A stretch of 64,000 bases of DNA, from NCBI RefSeq assembly GCF_009834535.1, contig NC_045696.1:1612001-1676000 (forward strand), given 5' to 3'. Under the pieces are notes generated by a model, which saw only the letters and a list, made by a program, of their open reading frames with translations, did no database searches and was not told the DNA's origin. The first letter of the stretch is position 1; each line of letters begins with the position of its first letter. Position numbers and translations under genes: made by a program. Positions 35,497 to 45,889 of the stretch are shown here, in pieces. Origin of the DNA: Camelus ferus (lineage: Eukaryota).

Positions 35497-37014
35497 GCGG
35501 GCGCGGACCCCACGCTGGCCGCGGAGCCGCCGCGGGCCCGCCCGGCCCCGAGCACCCGCCGCGCGGGCAACGGCCTGGAGCCAGACCCCAGGCCGCAAGG
35601 CGGTGACCAGGGCCCGGGCCATCGGCCCCCTCCAACAGATGGCGGCCTCGGGCGCTGGGGCTGTGGTGGTGCCCTCCCTCTTCATGGCCCCTCGGGGGCC
35701 CGCGAGCTACTGCCCCCCCCCCCCCGGACTCTGGAGCCTCTCCGGCACCAAACTGCCCTGCTCCCCCCAGCCTGTGGGGAAGCGCCTCCTGTGCTCAGCG
35801 CCGTCCCGGGCCTGAGTGGCGCCCGCTGTGCCGCCGGGTGTCAGGACCCCACTCGCTTCGCTGGCACCACGGGTGCCTCTGTGAAGACCGTGGGACACGA
35901 GGGCACCAGGACCCTGTGGAGCGGCCTCCCAGCCGCCCTGGTGTGACTGTGCCAGCGGCCGCCGCCTGCTCCACCGCCGATGGCCAGCTCAAGGCCTTCC
36001 TGTGTGGGCGAGCCCTGACTTCAGACCTCTGCGCACCCATGGTGGCCGGTGCACTGGCCCGCCTGGGCACGGTGACTGTGGCCAGTCCCCTGGAGCTGGT
36101 GCGGACAAAGCTGCAGCCTCGGCATCTGGCGTCCCGGGAGCTGGGCGCCCGTGTCCGAGCTGCTGTGGCTCAGGGCGGCTGGCGCTCGCTGTGGCTGTGC
36201 TGGGGTCCCACTGCCCTTCGGGATGTGCCCTTCTCAGCCCTGTGCTGGTTCAGTCATGAGCTGGTGAAGGGCTGGCTGAGCGGGCGCAGGCCAAAGGACC
36301 AGACCTCCGTGGGCGTCAGCTCTGTGGCTAGCGGCATCTCAGGGATGGTGGTGGCCACCCCGACTCTACCCTTCGATGTGGTGAAGACTCAAGGCCAGGT
36401 CACGCGGGGAGCCGTGGAGGCAGTGAGAGCGATGCCCCCGCACGCCGCCTCCCCCTGGCTGCTGCTGCGGGGGCCCCGGGCCGAGCCGGGCACCAGGGGA
36501 CTCTTCACAGGCTTCCTCCTGAGGACCCTCCAGGCTGCTCCCTCCTGCGCCACCACCACCGTGATCAGCACAAATGAGTTTGACAGAATCTTTTAAAGGC
36601 TCAGCCGGAAACAGCCTCTGGGCCCCTGAAAGGAGGAGGAGACAAGGACCCCCCCCCCCCGGTCTTCCGTGGGTGGGGGCGGGGCAGGAGGAGACTGAGC
36701 CGAGTGCCTTCTCCTCAGCACAGTGGGGAGGGGCCTCCTTTCTCTATCCTTTCAACTCTGCCCCTCTGGGCCCCACCGCCTCCTCAGACCACTTTCTTCT
36801 TCCTGCTGCTCCCCAGCCCCCAAAATCATCGCTCCTTCCCCCCACATTGAAGACCAAATCTGCTAACTGCTGCCCCGCCATTTCCCTGCACGTTGCTGCA
36901 GCTGGGCCTGCCCCCAGGAGCCGCAAAGCCCTGGGCCTGGCATAGTCGGCACCCACGCCTTTAATTCCTTGAGTCTAAAGATGATAAACTGCTCTCTAGT
37001 GGGGAAAAAATAAT
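35497..37014 (+). pseudogene. SLC25A39: SLC25A39 (mitochondrial glutathione carrier) processed pseudogene
   Basis: Intronless homology: IGPLQQMAASGAGAVV; LWSLSGTKLP; QDPTRFAGT...HEGTRTLWSGLPA; QLKAFLCGRALTSDLCAPMVAGALARLGTVTVASPLELVRTKLQ; GPTALRDVPFSAL; LPFDVVKTQ. Includes GC-rich 5'UTR-like and 3'UTR-like parts. Start codon is lost, the first PLDVVK signature is deleted, there are frameshifts (about 35800 and 35943) and a premature TAA at 36594-36596. 15-bp TSD at 35482-35496 and 37015-37029. Confidence 0.93.
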
Positions 37015-37077
37015 AGAAGAAAACTTCAAAATACATGAAGATAAAATGGAGGGACACACTGCACTGAGAAAGCACAG

Positions 37078-37083
37078 TTTATT
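37078..37083 (-). terminator. PolyA signal AATAAA for KRTAP12 gene 2
   Basis: tttatt 256 nt past the stop at 37339, the same spacing as in the 27210 paralog (255 nt). Confidence 0.75.
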
Positions 37084-37338
37084 TGTCACACACGGGGTGT
37101 GGTTTCCTGCTGGACACCGAGAGGGACCCCGGGAGCCAGGGCTTCCTGACGGGGGTGCACAAGTTCACGGAAGGGTCCAGGTCATCCGTCCACATTCTCA
37201 CCCCGGAGGTCAGGGGGTTGGTAGAGCATGCTTTCCATCTGCCACGTGCAGAACCTGGAGGTCCACCGAGGACTCGTGCCTGGAGGGGCACAGGTGTGGC
37301 CCCGTCTTCACTGGGAGCAGCTGGGAGGAGGCTCACGG

Positions 37339-37686
37339 TCAAAGGCACGAGGGGGTGCTACAGGAGGTGGGTCTGCAGACCAGGGTGGGGCAGGGGGGCT
37401 GGTAGCACCCGGAGGACTGGCAGGAGGGGGCCACATACACGACCTGTTTGTAGCTCACGGGCACACGCACAAAGGACTGGCAGGAGGGGGCCACACCCAC
37501 GGTGGGCTTGCAGCTCACGGGCAGGCACACGGGCCTGCAGCTCACGGGCACGCACACAGCTGGCTTACAGGTCAGGGGCACATAGCAGGACGCCTGGCAG
37601 GGCCTGGCCGTGCAGCAGGACGCCTGGCCGGAGCTGGGCACGTAGCAGGCAGCCGGGCAGCCGGAGGAGCAGCTGGTGTGGCACAT
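37339..37686 (-). CDS. KRTAP12: Keratin-associated protein 12 family, 115 aa
   Basis: MCHTSCSSGCPAACYVPSSGQASCCTARPCQASCYVPLTCKPAVCVPVSCRP...CSTPSCL. Kozak ccaccATG, TATAAA 37756-37761, AATAAA 37078-37083. Confidence 0.94.
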   Translation of the reverse strand: MCHTSCSSGCPAACYVPSSGQASCCTARPCQASCYVPLTCKPAVCVPVSCRPVCLPVSCKPTVGVAPSCQSFVRVPVSYKQVVYVAPSCQSSGCYQPPCPTLVCRPTSCSTPSCL

Positions 37687-38689
37687 GGTGGTTTAGGGCT
37701 GGGCTGGCGTCGGATGGAGGGCGGCGATGTCTGCAGCCTCCCTGCCCAGTCGGCCTTTATACCCAGGCCGTGGGCGTCCCAGCAGCACAGAAGCTCACCT
37801 GCTGACTTCCTCGAGGTTGTTGCCAACATCTTATTATCCTGGGACGCGCTTTCCTGTATTGTTCTTCACCACAAGTTAGTTTGGCTTTGAGGCCAATTCC
37901 TCCTCCTGTAAACAGGATGTTCTGGTCTGAATTTACGTGGGGTGTGTGTTGTTCCTCCGGCCATCACTGTGCCCAGCACACCCTTGCACGGACTCAGAGA
38001 CGTAACCTCTTACTCCTTTAGGTCTCGTGATGTCAGCGAAGACTTTGAGGCAATACTGTATTTTGAGGGTTTTTTGCAGAGGACAACGCCGAAGCGGGAG
38101 CCTGTGGGACAGCGCTGGCCTGCTGCCTGTGTGGGAGCGGAGCTCCGTGGGCACAGCCCGCCTGCGTGCTTAGCATCCGGGGCCGCTCCCCCGGCCACGC
38201 TGAGCTGTGCTGAGGGAGGCCGCGTGACCGCAGAGCCTGAGAGTCTCGCTCTCTGCCCTTTACAGAAAGTTTGCCGGCTCCTGCTTCATAGTAATCAGTA
38301 TAAGAGCTGATTCGTTAATGCAACAAATTACACTACATGCTGGCGAGGGAGATGCCCCCGCCGCCTGAGCCTTCCAGGGCAGTGAGCAAATGAGTGCATG
38401 AAACATTCATGCATGAGATGATTCCAGAGGGGCTGAGTCCCGGAAAGGACGGCAGGCTCAGCAGATGGAGAGAAGTGGGGAGCTGGTGGATGGTGTGGGG
38501 GCCTCAGCGGGGAGGCGGCGCTGAGCTGGCTCTGCGTCCAGAGAAGGGGTCGGGGCGGCGCTCCAGGCAGAGGCAGCCAGGGGGCTGTGAGGACACGGCT
38601 GCAGAAACGGGCAGTTCCAGGGGCAGCGGGGAATCCCACAGCTCGGGCTGCGGGGTGCGGGGGCCGGTGGAGGATTCCGACCGTGGGAA

Positions 38690-38990
38690 CCGAGGAGCAG
38701 GCGTCACCACCCTGGGCTGATAGAGGGAAGGCTCGGTGGACCTGAGGACACGTCAGTGGAAATCATCCAACCTGAAGAAGGGGGACAAGGAGCTAAGAAA
38801 GACGGGGAGGCCTGTGAGACAACATCAGAGAGGCTAACGTGCGAGTGATTTCTGCCCGGGGAGGAGAGGAGAATGACACTGAAGTATAACAGAACTGGGA
38901 AGAAACAGCAGACAAAATTCCCAAATTTGACTTTTTAAAAAAAAATTCCAGTCGACAGATGCAAGAATCTCAGAGCACACGCCCAGGGCC
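38690..38990 (+). mobile_element. L1 ORF1 fragment
   Basis: gacctgaggacacgtcagtggaaatcatccaacctgaag...aacagcagacaaaattcccaaatttgac resembles the L1 ORF1 LEDRSxEIIQ...ENFPNL region. Confidence 0.6.
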
Positions 38991-39707
38991 CCAGCGCACG
39001 CGGCACAATGTGAGGACTAGGGACCCAGGGGGCTGACACCTTCAAGTGCCTGCTTCTCCGTCTCAGCGCTGAGACTGTGCGCCCATCATGGGCTCCTTCT
39101 GAATCGCCCTGAGGGACCGCCTGTGCACACGGGGCTCCCGCCGCCCCCGGGCGGTGGCAGGACTGGTCATCAATCAGTTACGAGGGGGTCCACGTGAAAC
39201 ACTTAACTCAGCCCCGGCTCGAAGCTGGAACCCCGTCGCTGTGATCATGGCAGTAGTGTGGCTGCAGCTCCCAGTGAGGAGCCCAGCCCTGTGGAAGAAC
39301 CTTCTGGATCACTGAGTTTCCAAATCAAAGTGGGGGACACTGTGCTTGTGCGGACAGACACAGGGTCTTTACAACTGGGGAGGACCCTGAGAATATGATG
39401 TGAGACTTCTGTCCCCACATGATGGCCCTTCCCTATCCAACCCAGGCTCCAATTACAGAAGTCACAGGACCACTGTGTCACTGGGTGCCTCCCGCTGAGA
39501 AGGAGCTTCCTGAACTGGGTCACTTCCACCGGGAACTCCAGGAAGAGACTGTGGAGAGGGACGAGGAGGAAAAACAGCAGGCGGCCAGGAGGAGGGCACT
39601 CGCATACCTTGTGGCCAGGATGCCATGGCCTGGGCGTAAAGGTCACCCGGGGAGGAGCCTCCAGACCAGCCCTGTACTCAGTCCTGACCCCACCTCAGCG
39701 CCTCACC

Positions 39708-39967
39708 AGGTGCCACACTAGCTGCTCTGCGGGCTGCCGGCCAGCCTGCCGTGCACCCAGCCCCTGCCGGGAGACTTGCTATGTGTCACTGAGCAGCAGG
39801 CCTGTCGTGTGTGTGCCTGTGAGCTGCAAGCTGACCACACGCCTGCCCGTGAGCTGCAAGCCCCTGTGTGTGTGGCCCCCTCCCGCCAGTCCTCCGGGTG
39901 CTGCCCGCCCTCCTGCCCCGCCCTGGCCTGCAGACCCATCCCCTGTGGTGTCCCTTCCTGCTGTTGA
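39708..39967 (+). pseudogene. KRTAP12: KRTAP12-family unprocessed pseudogene
   Basis: caccAGGtgccacactagctgc has ATG replaced by AGG. It reads (R)CHTSCSAGCRPAC...VPVSCKP, has a 1-nt deletion at about 39865, then APSRQSSGCCPPSCPALACRPIPCGVPSCC*. The TATA position reads CGTAAA (39635-39640). Confidence 0.88.
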
Positions 39968-41696
39968 GCCCAGGCCCTGCCGGGACCCCTGCCCGTGTGT
40001 GGGTCAGAAGCAGCCAACTCTGAACTCCCAGGGGGCGGCCCAGACATCGTCCTCTCCACACCTTCCGTGCCCAACGAGACTGCGTCGCAGCGAGGCTGCT
40101 CGATCCCAGCCGGCCAGGCCGAGGGCCTCGTCCCCGGCGGGGTCACCTGCCCGGCGCCCACGCCGGCTGGGGCGGCGTCCAGGCTCGGCAGCCTCCTGCA
40201 CCGAAGGTCTGACGTTTGTCAGAGCGCAATGCTCGCGGAGCAGTGTCTCTCCCCCCCGTCATTCCCTAAACTGCTTCCTCCAGGGGTGGTTCCCCCGGAT
40301 TCTAGAAAATTCCTTTTACAGAGCAGGTCAGGTCACCAGATGGCCGTATGGGTGACCAAGCTCATGCCGAAGGTGAACTCCCAGCGCTCAGCAAGGGACC
40401 CCACTCTGTCCCCTGAACTTATAAGACCAGTCCTCACCCTGCTCTGGGTGGACCGAGGGCATTAAGGTCCTGAACTGACCACTTTTGTGTAAAATGTCCT
40501 TCTGTGCAGCATTGATAGGTGGCGCTCACACCACTAAATTAAATCCGGATGCTCTGCAGACACGCAGGGCTCCTCCCCCTCCCCGTGGGTGGGAAAGAGC
40601 CTGGCGGGGCGGGGAGGACTTCTGTGGTTCCCCAGGGATGCCACGTCCTGCCCTCAAGACCTGCGATACGTCCCCTTACACGGCAAAGCGACTTTGCGGA
40701 CGGGAGTAAATTGAGGGCCTTGCGATGGGAGATGCTCTGGGTCCTCCGGGTGGGGCTGATGGGGGGCGGGGAGACGGCCACCGAAGGGGAGGCCACGGGA
40801 GGGGCAAGCAAGACTCGAGGCCACGAGTCGAGGATGCAGTGCCTCTAGAAGCTGAAAGGACGGGGGTCACACTCTGCCCTGGAGCCTCCGGGGGAGCCCG
40901 CCCTCTCACACCCCAACTGTGGCCAGGAGACTCCCTTCCCATTCTGCCTCCACGGCTGGGGGGCAACACTTTTGAGCTGCTTCAGCCACGTTCGTGGTCA
41001 CTTTTATGGCAGCCACAGGACGGCCCGCTTCTCGGTGGCACAGCCCCCCACTTCCACACTCCGTCTGTGATCCTTCAACTGTGTGGTGACCTTCAGGGTT
41101 GTGGGTGGAAGTGGGGACACAAAGGGCAGGGAGGAGAGCCACGCGGGGGCTGCGGAGCCGGCTCCCCGGCCCTGCTGCCGGTCTCGGAGCCCATTCTCCC
41201 CCTCGGGCCTCTTCCTGCCCTGTGCCCCCAGCCGGGGGAAGAGCCCCTCCAGCCGGACCTTCCCTCCTCGGTCACTCGGAGGCTGATGGTCTTTCTGCCC
41301 AGGTCTGTCCTGCTCCAGGCTCTCTCCCCTGGCCTGAGTCCACCCTGCCCTCTCTCCCGTGGGTCCACACTGGGGCCGCGGGGACTCTCGGGCGGCATCC
41401 CCCTTGGCCCACACCTATGCCCCCTCCCTGAGCATCCAGCACAGATTCTCGGCATCACAGCCCGGGGCAGTGGTGGTCCTCCCTGCAGGGGACTCTGCTG
41501 CCCTCGTGGTGACCCCCTGGGAGCCCCCTCCCTTGCCTGCAGAGGATGTAAAGGCCCCACCTCCCTCCCTCAAGGACAGCTTTCTCCAAGGACATGCTCT
41601 CCAGGGCTCAGCACCCCAGGGCCTGGGTCCCTGACCCACAGGCACCCTCTTCTTAGCCTCTCCACCCTCTGCAACGGCCAGAGTTGGGGAGGGGCT

Positions 41697-42122
41697 GCAG
41701 CATCCTCTTTGGGCTATCATGCAAAGCACCCAGACTGGGCGGCTTCAACCGCACAAACGCATGGTCTCACAGTCTGGAGGCCAAGGTGTGGGAGGCTGGT
41801 CCCTTCCAAGGGCGGCAGGGAATCCGCTCCATCCCCTCTCCCGGCTCCCTGTGTTTGCAGGCATCTCTGGTGTCCTTGGCTCCAGGCACCACCCTGATCC
41901 CCACCTGCATCCTCTCCCGTCTTCCCTATGTGCATGGCTCTGTGTCTGCAGCTTCCCTTTTTGTAATGAGGACACGGTCCTGTGTCCTCTGGGTTGGGGC
42001 CCACCTCACTGTCCTCATTTTAGCATGTACAAAGACCCCATTTCCAAGTAAGATCACATTCAGAGGTTGTGGAGGTCAGACTCCAGCACATCTGCTTTGG
42101 AGGGACACAGTTCATCCCATCA
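41697..42122 (-). mobile_element. MLT1 (ERVL-MaLR) solo LTR, near full length
   Basis: gggctatcatgcaaagcacccagactgggcggcttcaacc...ctcacagtctggaggccaagg...aaagaccccatttccaagtaagatcacattcagagg...ggagggacacagttcatcccatcac resembles reverse-strand MLT1. Confidence 0.85.
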
Positions 42123-42651
42123 CGGGGGCAGCCCCAAGCTGCAAGGCCTGTCTGGCCTCTCCTTTGCACCCCGCACGGCCACGCCGGTCTTCCTTTGTTT
42201 GGTGGCACCTGAGACGGCAGAGTGCACTCTGAGCATCCGCCTCCTAACGCTCAGTGAGTCGTGGGCACCTGGCCACCACCCACACGGCCTTCCTGTCAGG
42301 AGCCGCCGAGGGTCCCAATGTCCACCGGTGGTGGAGGGGGGCCAGGAGCCGCCCACGCCCCGCTCATCCCCCTGATGGACCATTTTGGCGTCGCGGTGGG
42401 TGGTAGGTTCTGATTTCCACGTGTGCCAACGTCCCTCCTTTCACTTTTCCTGGGGCAGGTGAACTGGATCCTTCCCCATGTCTTTCTAACCCTGTGCTGT
42501 GAAGAGTCCCTCAAGGCCTTTATCCGCTTATCTGTGGAGACGATCATAGTTTCTTAAGTTTGAACCGACAAGGGTCCAGGTCTGAATGAACTCCAGCAAG
42601 CTGAGAGATTTAAGAGTTAAGGCAGGCCTACCATCCAGCCACTTTCTGTTT

Positions 42652-43238
42652 TGTTTTGTTAATTGAAGTATAGTCGGTTACAGTGTGTCAATTTCTGGCG
42701 TTCAGCCCAATGTCCCAGTCATGTATATACATACATATATTCATTTTCATATTTTTTTCATTAAAGGTTATTACAAGATATTGAATATAGTTCCCTGGGC
42801 TGTACAGAAGAAACTTTTAAAAATCTATTTTTATATATAGTGGCCAACATTTGCAAATCTCAGACTCCCAAATGTATCTCTTCCCACCCCCTTTCCCCTG
42901 GTGGCCATAAGACTGTTTACTATGTCTGCGAGTCTGTTTCTGTTTTGTAGATGAGTTCATAGTGTCCTCTTTTCTTCTCTTTTTTAGAGTCCAATTATGA
43001 GTGATATCCTATGGTATTTTTCTTTCTTTTTCTGGCTTAGTTCACCTAGAAAGACGATCTCTAGGTCCATCCATGTGGCTGCAAATGGCATTATTTTATT
43101 CTTTTTTATAGCTGAGTAGTATTCCATTGTGTACATACACCACAGCTTCTTTATCCAGTCATCTGTCGATGGACACTGAGGCTGTTTCCATGTCTTGGCT
43201 GTTGTTTGCAGTGCTGCTCTTAGCACTGGGGTGCATGT
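42652..43238 (-). mobile_element. 5'-truncated younger L1 (ORF2 C-terminus plus 3'UTR) with TSD
   Basis: ORF 42984-43226 (TAKTWKQPQCPSTDDWIKKLWCMYTMEYYSAIKKNKIMPFAATWMDLE) is the L1 ORF2 end. TSD atccagccact(t/c)tctgttt at 42633-42651 and 43239-43257. Confidence 0.92.
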
Positions 43239-44080
43239 ATCCAGCCACTCTCTGTTTCAGGGTCCTTTGCTCTGTCCTCGCTTCCCTGGTTAGAGCTAAA
43301 CTGGGGTTGGGGTGGGGTTTACAACCCCCCACCCGGGGGGTGCCTTCTGCTCCTGGTCTCCACTATCCTCCTGATCCAGTGGGCTCATCACTTCGTTCCT
43401 GATGAAGGGATAGGAAGGGTGCCCAGTGCTGACCCGGTCAGTCTGAGTGCTGCCCACGTGACTCCAGCTCCACTGAGATGGCCGGCTCACCCTTGCCCAC
43501 TGTCCTGAGGGTTTGTTCCCAAGCTGTCTTTCTTCTCTGTGCCTTCCCAATCAGACCTTGAAACCCTGAGCAGAACGAGTTATGTCTGAACCAACCCCTG
43601 GACCCCCTTGAGGCCCACAGGGACTCATACGCAGCCCGGCACACAGGCAGGCCTCCATGCGGGCGCCTCTCTCCAGCAGAAGTCAGCACAGGGCTAGTCT
43701 TGGACTCTCAGATCCTGACCAAACAGGGTTTCAGCTGCTCCCCAAGTCACCTCTCACCTGGACGGGCAGGGGGTGGGCGTGAGCAGAGGCCCAAGGTGCA
43801 CTTGGGGTCTAAGCCTTCTGCACCCGGCTCGAGCCCTGTGCTGGCCTTGGCAGGCTGTCTGCCATGGGGAGGGAGCCCTGGGGGAGGAGGGGACGTGGAG
43901 CCTGCACTTGGCGTCCTCTTTGAGACCCTATTGTTTCTCAGCTGCTTTGCGCTCAGGTTTGAGACGATGTCCTTATTGCCTGGTTTTTACCAGAGCCCGA
44001 CTGCCCGGACACGGAGCGGTCAAAGTGGCTTGGGGAGGAGGATGAAATAGACATGGGTCCGTATTTCCCCACACAAACAT

Positions 44081-44086
44081 TTTATT
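44081..44086 (-). terminator. PolyA signal AATAAA for KRTAP10 gene B
   Basis: tttatt about 270 nt past the stop at 44358. Confidence 0.7.
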
Positions 44087-44357
44087 GACGATGGCAGTTG
44101 ACCTTTGACACATGAAATACAAGCACCTAACCCTGCAGAGGAGGGCTCCCGGGGCCGGCAGTCCCCCCAGCTGAGGGGTTTGTGGGCGGCATGTTCAAGT
44201 CCCCTCTAGGCAGCAGCTGTGTGTCCACCGACGAGAGAGGGGAGGTCCTGGTGCCAGCAGAGGGGCTCCGGGGCTCCTGAGAGAGGACAGCTGGGCTCAG
44301 GGTCAAAGACAGCAGCTGGAGAGAGGCCGGCAGACCAGCCGGTCAGCAGCCAGACTT

Positions 44358-44993
44358 CTAGGCCGAGTTGGGGACGCAGCAGGCCGAGCGGGAGCACCTG
44401 GGGCGGCAGAGCAGGGACACGCAGGAGGCCGGGCGGCAGCAGCTGGGCTGGCAGGAGGGGGCGGGGGCACAGCAGGCGGGTCTGCACACGGGGCGGCAGA
44501 GCAGGGACACGGAGGAGGAGGGTCTGCAGCAGGACGAGGGGCAGGGGGTGGGCTCACAGCACACGGGCCTGCAGCAGACAGGCGTGCAGCACACGGGCCT
44601 GCAGCAGACAGGCCTGCAGCACACGGGCCTGCAGCAGACAGGCCTGCAGCACACGGGCCTGCAGCACACAGGCCTGCAGCACACAGGCTCACAGCAGTCC
44701 TGCTGGCAGGGAGAGGAGGTGCAGCAGGAGGGCTGGCAGCTAGACTGCGGGCAGCACAAGGCCGTGCAGGAGCTGGTGCAGGCAGATGGGCAGGGACAGG
44801 GCTCACAGCTCGCTGGGGCACAGAGGAGGCTCAGGCAGGGGGCCAGGGCGCAGCAGCGGGGCTCGCAGCAGCTCTCTGGGCAGTCGTCCACTTGCCAGGA
44901 GGAGCCGGTGCAGGAGTCACAGGGACCGGGCAGGCAGACCCAGCTGCCATAGCTCAGGTCGCCGGAGCAGGTGGACAGGGCGGACGCGGCCAT
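44358..44993 (-). CDS. KRTAP10: Keratin-associated protein 10 family, gene B, 211 aa
   Basis: MAASALSTCSGDLSYGSWVCLPGPCDSC... with a CCRPV array. TATAAAA 45069-45075, AP-1 site TGAGTCA 45166-45172, AATAAA 44081-44086. Confidence 0.95.
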   Translation of the reverse strand: MAASALSTCSGDLSYGSWVCLPGPCDSCTGSSWQVDDCPESCCEPRCCALAPCLSLLCAPASCEPCPCPSACTSSCTALCCPQSSCQPSCCTSSPCQQDCCEPVCCRPVCCRPVCCRPVCCRPVCCRPVCCRPVCCTPVCCRPVCCEPTPCPSSCCRPSSSVSLLCRPVCRPACCAPAPSCQPSCCRPASCVSLLCRPRCSRSACCVPNSA

Positions 44994-45889
44994 AGTGGGG
45001 GTGGTGGGGCTGGAGGAGGGTGAGTGTGAGTGTGTGAGTGTGTGTGTGTGATGTGCTCAAGCTGTCAGTTTTATACCCCTACTGGGTAGGTGTGTTGTCC
45101 CTGCACGAGGCTCCCATGCCTGCCCTTCCTTGTTAGTGCCTGGGGGGCCTGGAAGCCTCATAAGATGAGTCAGTTGCTGGCTGGATACCTTGATGACCAC
45201 CTGACCAGGGTATGGCCCTTAGGGAAGCTGGTGTTGGGGCTGAGTTGTGGTCAAGCTGTTCCTCCTGCAGGTTCCCTGATGGTGGGTCAGGGGACACTTG
45301 TGGCCATGATTCCTTCGGGGGGGAGTGCTGTGGTGGCTCCTGGTGGGGTTGCTGTGGCTGTGAGGGTTTATTGTTGGCCTGATCCTGGTGCTCCTGGGTT
45401 GGGGCGCGGAGGACAGCTGGTCCCCAAGGGGAGAGGCCAGGAACGGGCAGGACAGAGGGCGGCGCTGTGAGGCTCAGCCAGATGCTGCCTGATTCATCCG
45501 TCCTTACACCTTCACCGGGGGGGGGGGGGCATGGGTGGTGGGAGGCAGACTGGAGCAGTCTCAGGGGGCAGATGGACCGTCTGGGGAGTGGGGGAGGCAG
45601 CCAGGGCAGTGTTCCTCATGCCTGCTGGCACACCGTGTTGGGGAGGGGCCCTGGGCTCCGGGTGACGGGGAACAATGTTGAGAGTAGAAGGCAGATTCCT
45701 GGAGATCTCAGAGGTTGTGCGACAGTGACAGGGGTCTAGGGCAGCTCCCCGGTTTAAGCTCCAGAAGATGCTGGTGACACAGCGTCTCCTGTGGCCTCCT
45801 CCCAGGGCCCAGCGGCAGGTGGACAGGGGGCTTGTTCGATGCTCTGGTGTTTCATGTCACATCTGATAGAATTCACAAGTCAAGTTGCC

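Noticed and set aside
35838-36596. 252-aa ORF as a functional SLC25A39-like carrier
   Set aside because: No ATG at its start, first carrier repeat deleted or frameshifted, Cys-containing loop disrupted, many non-conservative changes and a premature stop. The open frame is explained by GC enrichment.
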